This document shows positions 33,634 to 35,606 of a stretch of 35,606 nucleotides of DNA, one piece after another. The notes under the pieces were generated by a model that was not told the DNA's origin, did no database searches, and saw nothing but the letters and a program-made list of their open reading frames with translations. The stretch's first letter is position 1, and each line of letters begins with the position of its first letter. The translations under genes and the position numbers were made by a program. Source of the DNA: Candidatus Micrarchaeota archaeon (GTDB lineage Archaea; Micrarchaeota; Micrarchaeia; Anstonellales; Anstonellaceae); assembly GCA_964532715.1 (NCBI GenBank), contig CAZHIX010000002.1, positions 1 through 35,606 of the forward strand. Direction: 5' to 3'.

Positions 33634-34416
33634 ATGGACGTAGAGCTTGATACCTCAAAAAGTGCAATCTGGAATCTCTCGCAATTATTTGAAAAACTAA
33701 AATTAGCAAAAGCAAAAAAAAATCGTGTGCTTGATGAAATAAGTCGCACAAAATCAGAACTAGACAAAATTCAAAAAGATAGTTGCGAATCTCAAACTAA
33801 AACCAATTTGCAACCGTCTAATAAAAAAAATTTCAAAAACAAAAAAAAGTGGTGGGAGCAATATCGCACATTTGAGACCTCTGGCGGATTTAGAGTTGTT
33901 GCAGGTAAAAACGCAAAACAAAACGACGAGCTTTATGCAAAACAAATTAGTGAGAACGATTTATTTTTTCATGCAGATATTCAAGGCGCCCCTGCAACAA
34001 TAATGAAAAATGCCAAGGGTGCAGATAAATCTGATTTAATTCAGGTAGCACAATGGGCAGGTTCATATTCATCTGCATGGAAAAGTGGTAGTGCATCTGT
34101 TGACGTTTATTGTGTTGAAAAAAACCAACTTTCAAAACACTCCTCTGGTGGGTATATTGGAAGAGGTGCTTTTGCAATAAATGGGGAGCGCAAATGGTTT
34201 AGAGAAACTGAACTAAAACTAAAATTAGGTTTTTTGGGCCAAGAACTTTACATACTACCAAGTACTCATACTGAAACTCTTGAGCGTCAAATATTCATAA
34301 AACCGAATGGCGCTGAACGTGAAGTGGTTGCAAAAGAGTTATCTGCTCTTCTGAGTTGCAAAATGGATTTGTTACTTCAAATTTTACCAAGTGGGAAAAT
34401 TTCTTACTCTAAATAA
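33634..34416 (+). CDS. NFACT-R (DUF814) domain protein, a short Rqc2/NEMF-related protein lacking NFACT-N
   Basis: A coiled-coil N-terminus is followed by FETSGGFRVVAGKNAKQNDELYAKQISENDLFFHADIQGAPATIMKN, the DUF814 core. Confidence 0.75.
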   Translation: MDVELDTSKSAIWNLSQLFEKLKLAKAKKNRVLDEISRTKSELDKIQKDSCESQTKTNLQPSNKKNFKNKKKWWEQYRTFETSGGFRVVAGKNAKQNDELYAKQISENDLFFHADIQGAPATIMKNAKGADKSDLIQVAQWAGSYSSAWKSGSASVDVYCVEKNQLSKHSSGGYIGRGAFAINGERKWFRETELKLKLGFLGQELYILPSTHTETLERQIFIKPNGAEREVVAKELSALLSCKMDLLLQILPSGKISYSK

Positions 34417-34436
34417 CTTATTTTCAGGGTGTAATC

Positions 34437-35027
34437 ATGAAAAAATATTCTCTAAATGATTTTTCTCAAATCATATCTGGTAATCCAAAATTTCTATTTC
34501 TTAGAGTAAATTCTCGTACATGTTCAACACGTTATATCTTGCGCGATGCTGAAAAAATTCTTCTAATAGATTCTGGAGATGGAGAAGATGAGCTTGATTT
34601 TGTTCCAGATGTGTGCATACTAACCCATTGTCATTATGATCATTCGGGCGGTGTAAAAACTTCTTGGGAAAATACTTATTATTCAAAAGACGAAAATCCA
34701 AAACTTCCTTTTGTAAAAATACCGAAAAATGCTAAAGGGTTAGAACCAAAATTATCCTTAGACAGCCGTTTTAGTTTCGGTTCGTTTTCTTTGAAAGTAA
34801 TAAAAACTCCTGGGCATACGTATGGAGGCATTTGTCTTTTTGAGCCAAAAAACAAAATACTCTTTTGTGGAGATACTAAGTTTGCAAATGGATTGTGGGG
34901 GCGAACAGATTTAGGTGGTTCTGATGAGCAAATAGCACATTCACTATCTACGCTTGACAAATTAGATTGGAAAATACTTTGTCCAGGGCACGGCGCATTA
35001 CAATTAAGAGATGGGCGCATGTTCTGA
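34437..35027 (+). CDS. MBL-fold metallo-hydrolase (glyoxalase II-like)
   Basis: THCHYDHSGG, TPGHT, CGDT, PGHG motifs. Confidence 0.8.
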   Translation: MKKYSLNDFSQIISGNPKFLFLRVNSRTCSTRYILRDAEKILLIDSGDGEDELDFVPDVCILTHCHYDHSGGVKTSWENTYYSKDENPKLPFVKIPKNAKGLEPKLSLDSRFSFGSFSLKVIKTPGHTYGGICLFEPKNKILFCGDTKFANGLWGRTDLGGSDEQIAHSLSTLDKLDWKILCPGHGALQLRDGRMF

Positions 35028-35151
35028 GTTTTCTGCTGTCTTTTTGTGTCTAAGTATGTTCTGTTAGCCTAATTGTGTAAATGCCGTAAAATTCCTATCT
35101 GTTGAAAAATCGCGTGCCTCTCTACTCAGTCTTTAGCTATTTTGCACGTTT

Positions 35152-35439
35152 TTAAGCTTCTTGCATATATTCAACCACGATGTTGATGACCTTCTTTATC
35201 GTATCATTGCAGTTTTTGAAAATTATTTTATCAAGTACCTGAGGTCCCTTTTGTCTTATAATCTCACTTATCATTGCATGAACAAATGATTGCGTTGCAC
35301 CCGAGACTGCATAAAAATCCAATTCAATTTGCTCATTTTTTTCAAGGGCGACAAGAATCTGTTCAATTCTTATACGTTTTGCAACATCTTTGTTTTCTGC
35401 AAAATCTCCTGCATATTCAAATATTTTTATTTTTTTCAT
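35152..35439 (-). CDS. STAS-like DUF4325 domain protein
   Basis: It is 95 aa. The blocks ...R..G..IR..I........I.LDF..V.G.TQSF.HA.ISE are characteristic of DUF4325 as I remember it. Confidence 0.55.
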   Translation of the reverse strand: MKKIKIFEYAGDFAENKDVAKRIRIEQILVALEKNEQIELDFYAVSGATQSFVHAMISEIIRQKGPQVLDKIIFKNCNDTIKKVINIVVEYMQEA

Positions 35440-35453
35440 GCAAATCTGGCCTT

Positions 35454-35606
35454 CTTATATCTTTGTTTTTTTCTTTCTATGACTGCTTTTGAATATGTAT
35501 TTCTTATCTCATCCATAAGCTCTCCAAACTCCAATCCATTACCAATTGTTATATCTATACCTATGGATGTTCCTTGCCAATATGGGCAGTCAGTTTGCAC
35601 AGAATG
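35454..35606 (-). CDS. C-terminal fragment of an upstream gene, cut by the window edge. It is possibly a GHKL/HATPase_c-like ATPase.
   Basis: The reverse-strand frame is open from the window edge: HSVQTDCPYWQGTSIGIDITIGNGLEFGELMDEIRNTYSKAVIERKKTKI, then a stop. The stop lies 14 nt before the DUF4325 start. G-GT-x-I-x-I resembles the end of an HATPase_c fold. Only 50 residues are visible. Confidence 0.3.

Overview
This is an AT-rich archaeal chromosomal segment, about one-third G+C by eye. It is most consistent with a small-genome DPANN-type archaeon. Evidence: two Orc1/Cdc6 paralogs, an RpoE'(Rpo7)-Spt4-S26e operon, archaeal-type DtdA, archaeal SepF, a class III (type IV pilin-like) signal peptide, GGTGA-type Shine-Dalgarno sites mixed with leaderless starts, and use of TTG/GTG starts. 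About 40 tightly packed genes are present and most are housekeeping: NreA, LemA-HtpX, DtdA, PyrG, ArgG-ArgH, a thioredoxin-fold protein, MBL hydrolases, a CheY-like receiver, TrmJ-like/HemK-like/Sua5, NAD kinase, H+-PPase, an Fcf1-like PIN and an NFACT-R protein. There are also several large orphan proteins. I found no tRNA or rRNA gene, CRISPR array, integrase or recognisable defence operon. The most unusual signal is a 162-nt GC-rich, almost fully base-paired segment inserted in frame into the nreA gene (nt ~851-1022). It is bounded by a 10-nt direct repeat, and one internal arm is complementary to its own 5' flank. Secondary signals are listed below.
- A degenerate 30/60-nt tandem repeat array sits in the 390-bp pyrG-downstream intergenic region. 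It lies directly upstream of a four-gene cluster encoding a lysine-rich protein and VirB2/VirB6-like membrane proteins.
- The Spt4 homolog has no cysteine.
- An NFACT-R-only Rqc2 fragment is present.
- Two paralogous HTH/ACT-like proteins are present.
- A DUF4325/GHKL-like gene pair is cut by the right window edge.
All functional calls rest on motif recognition by eye; no database search was possible.
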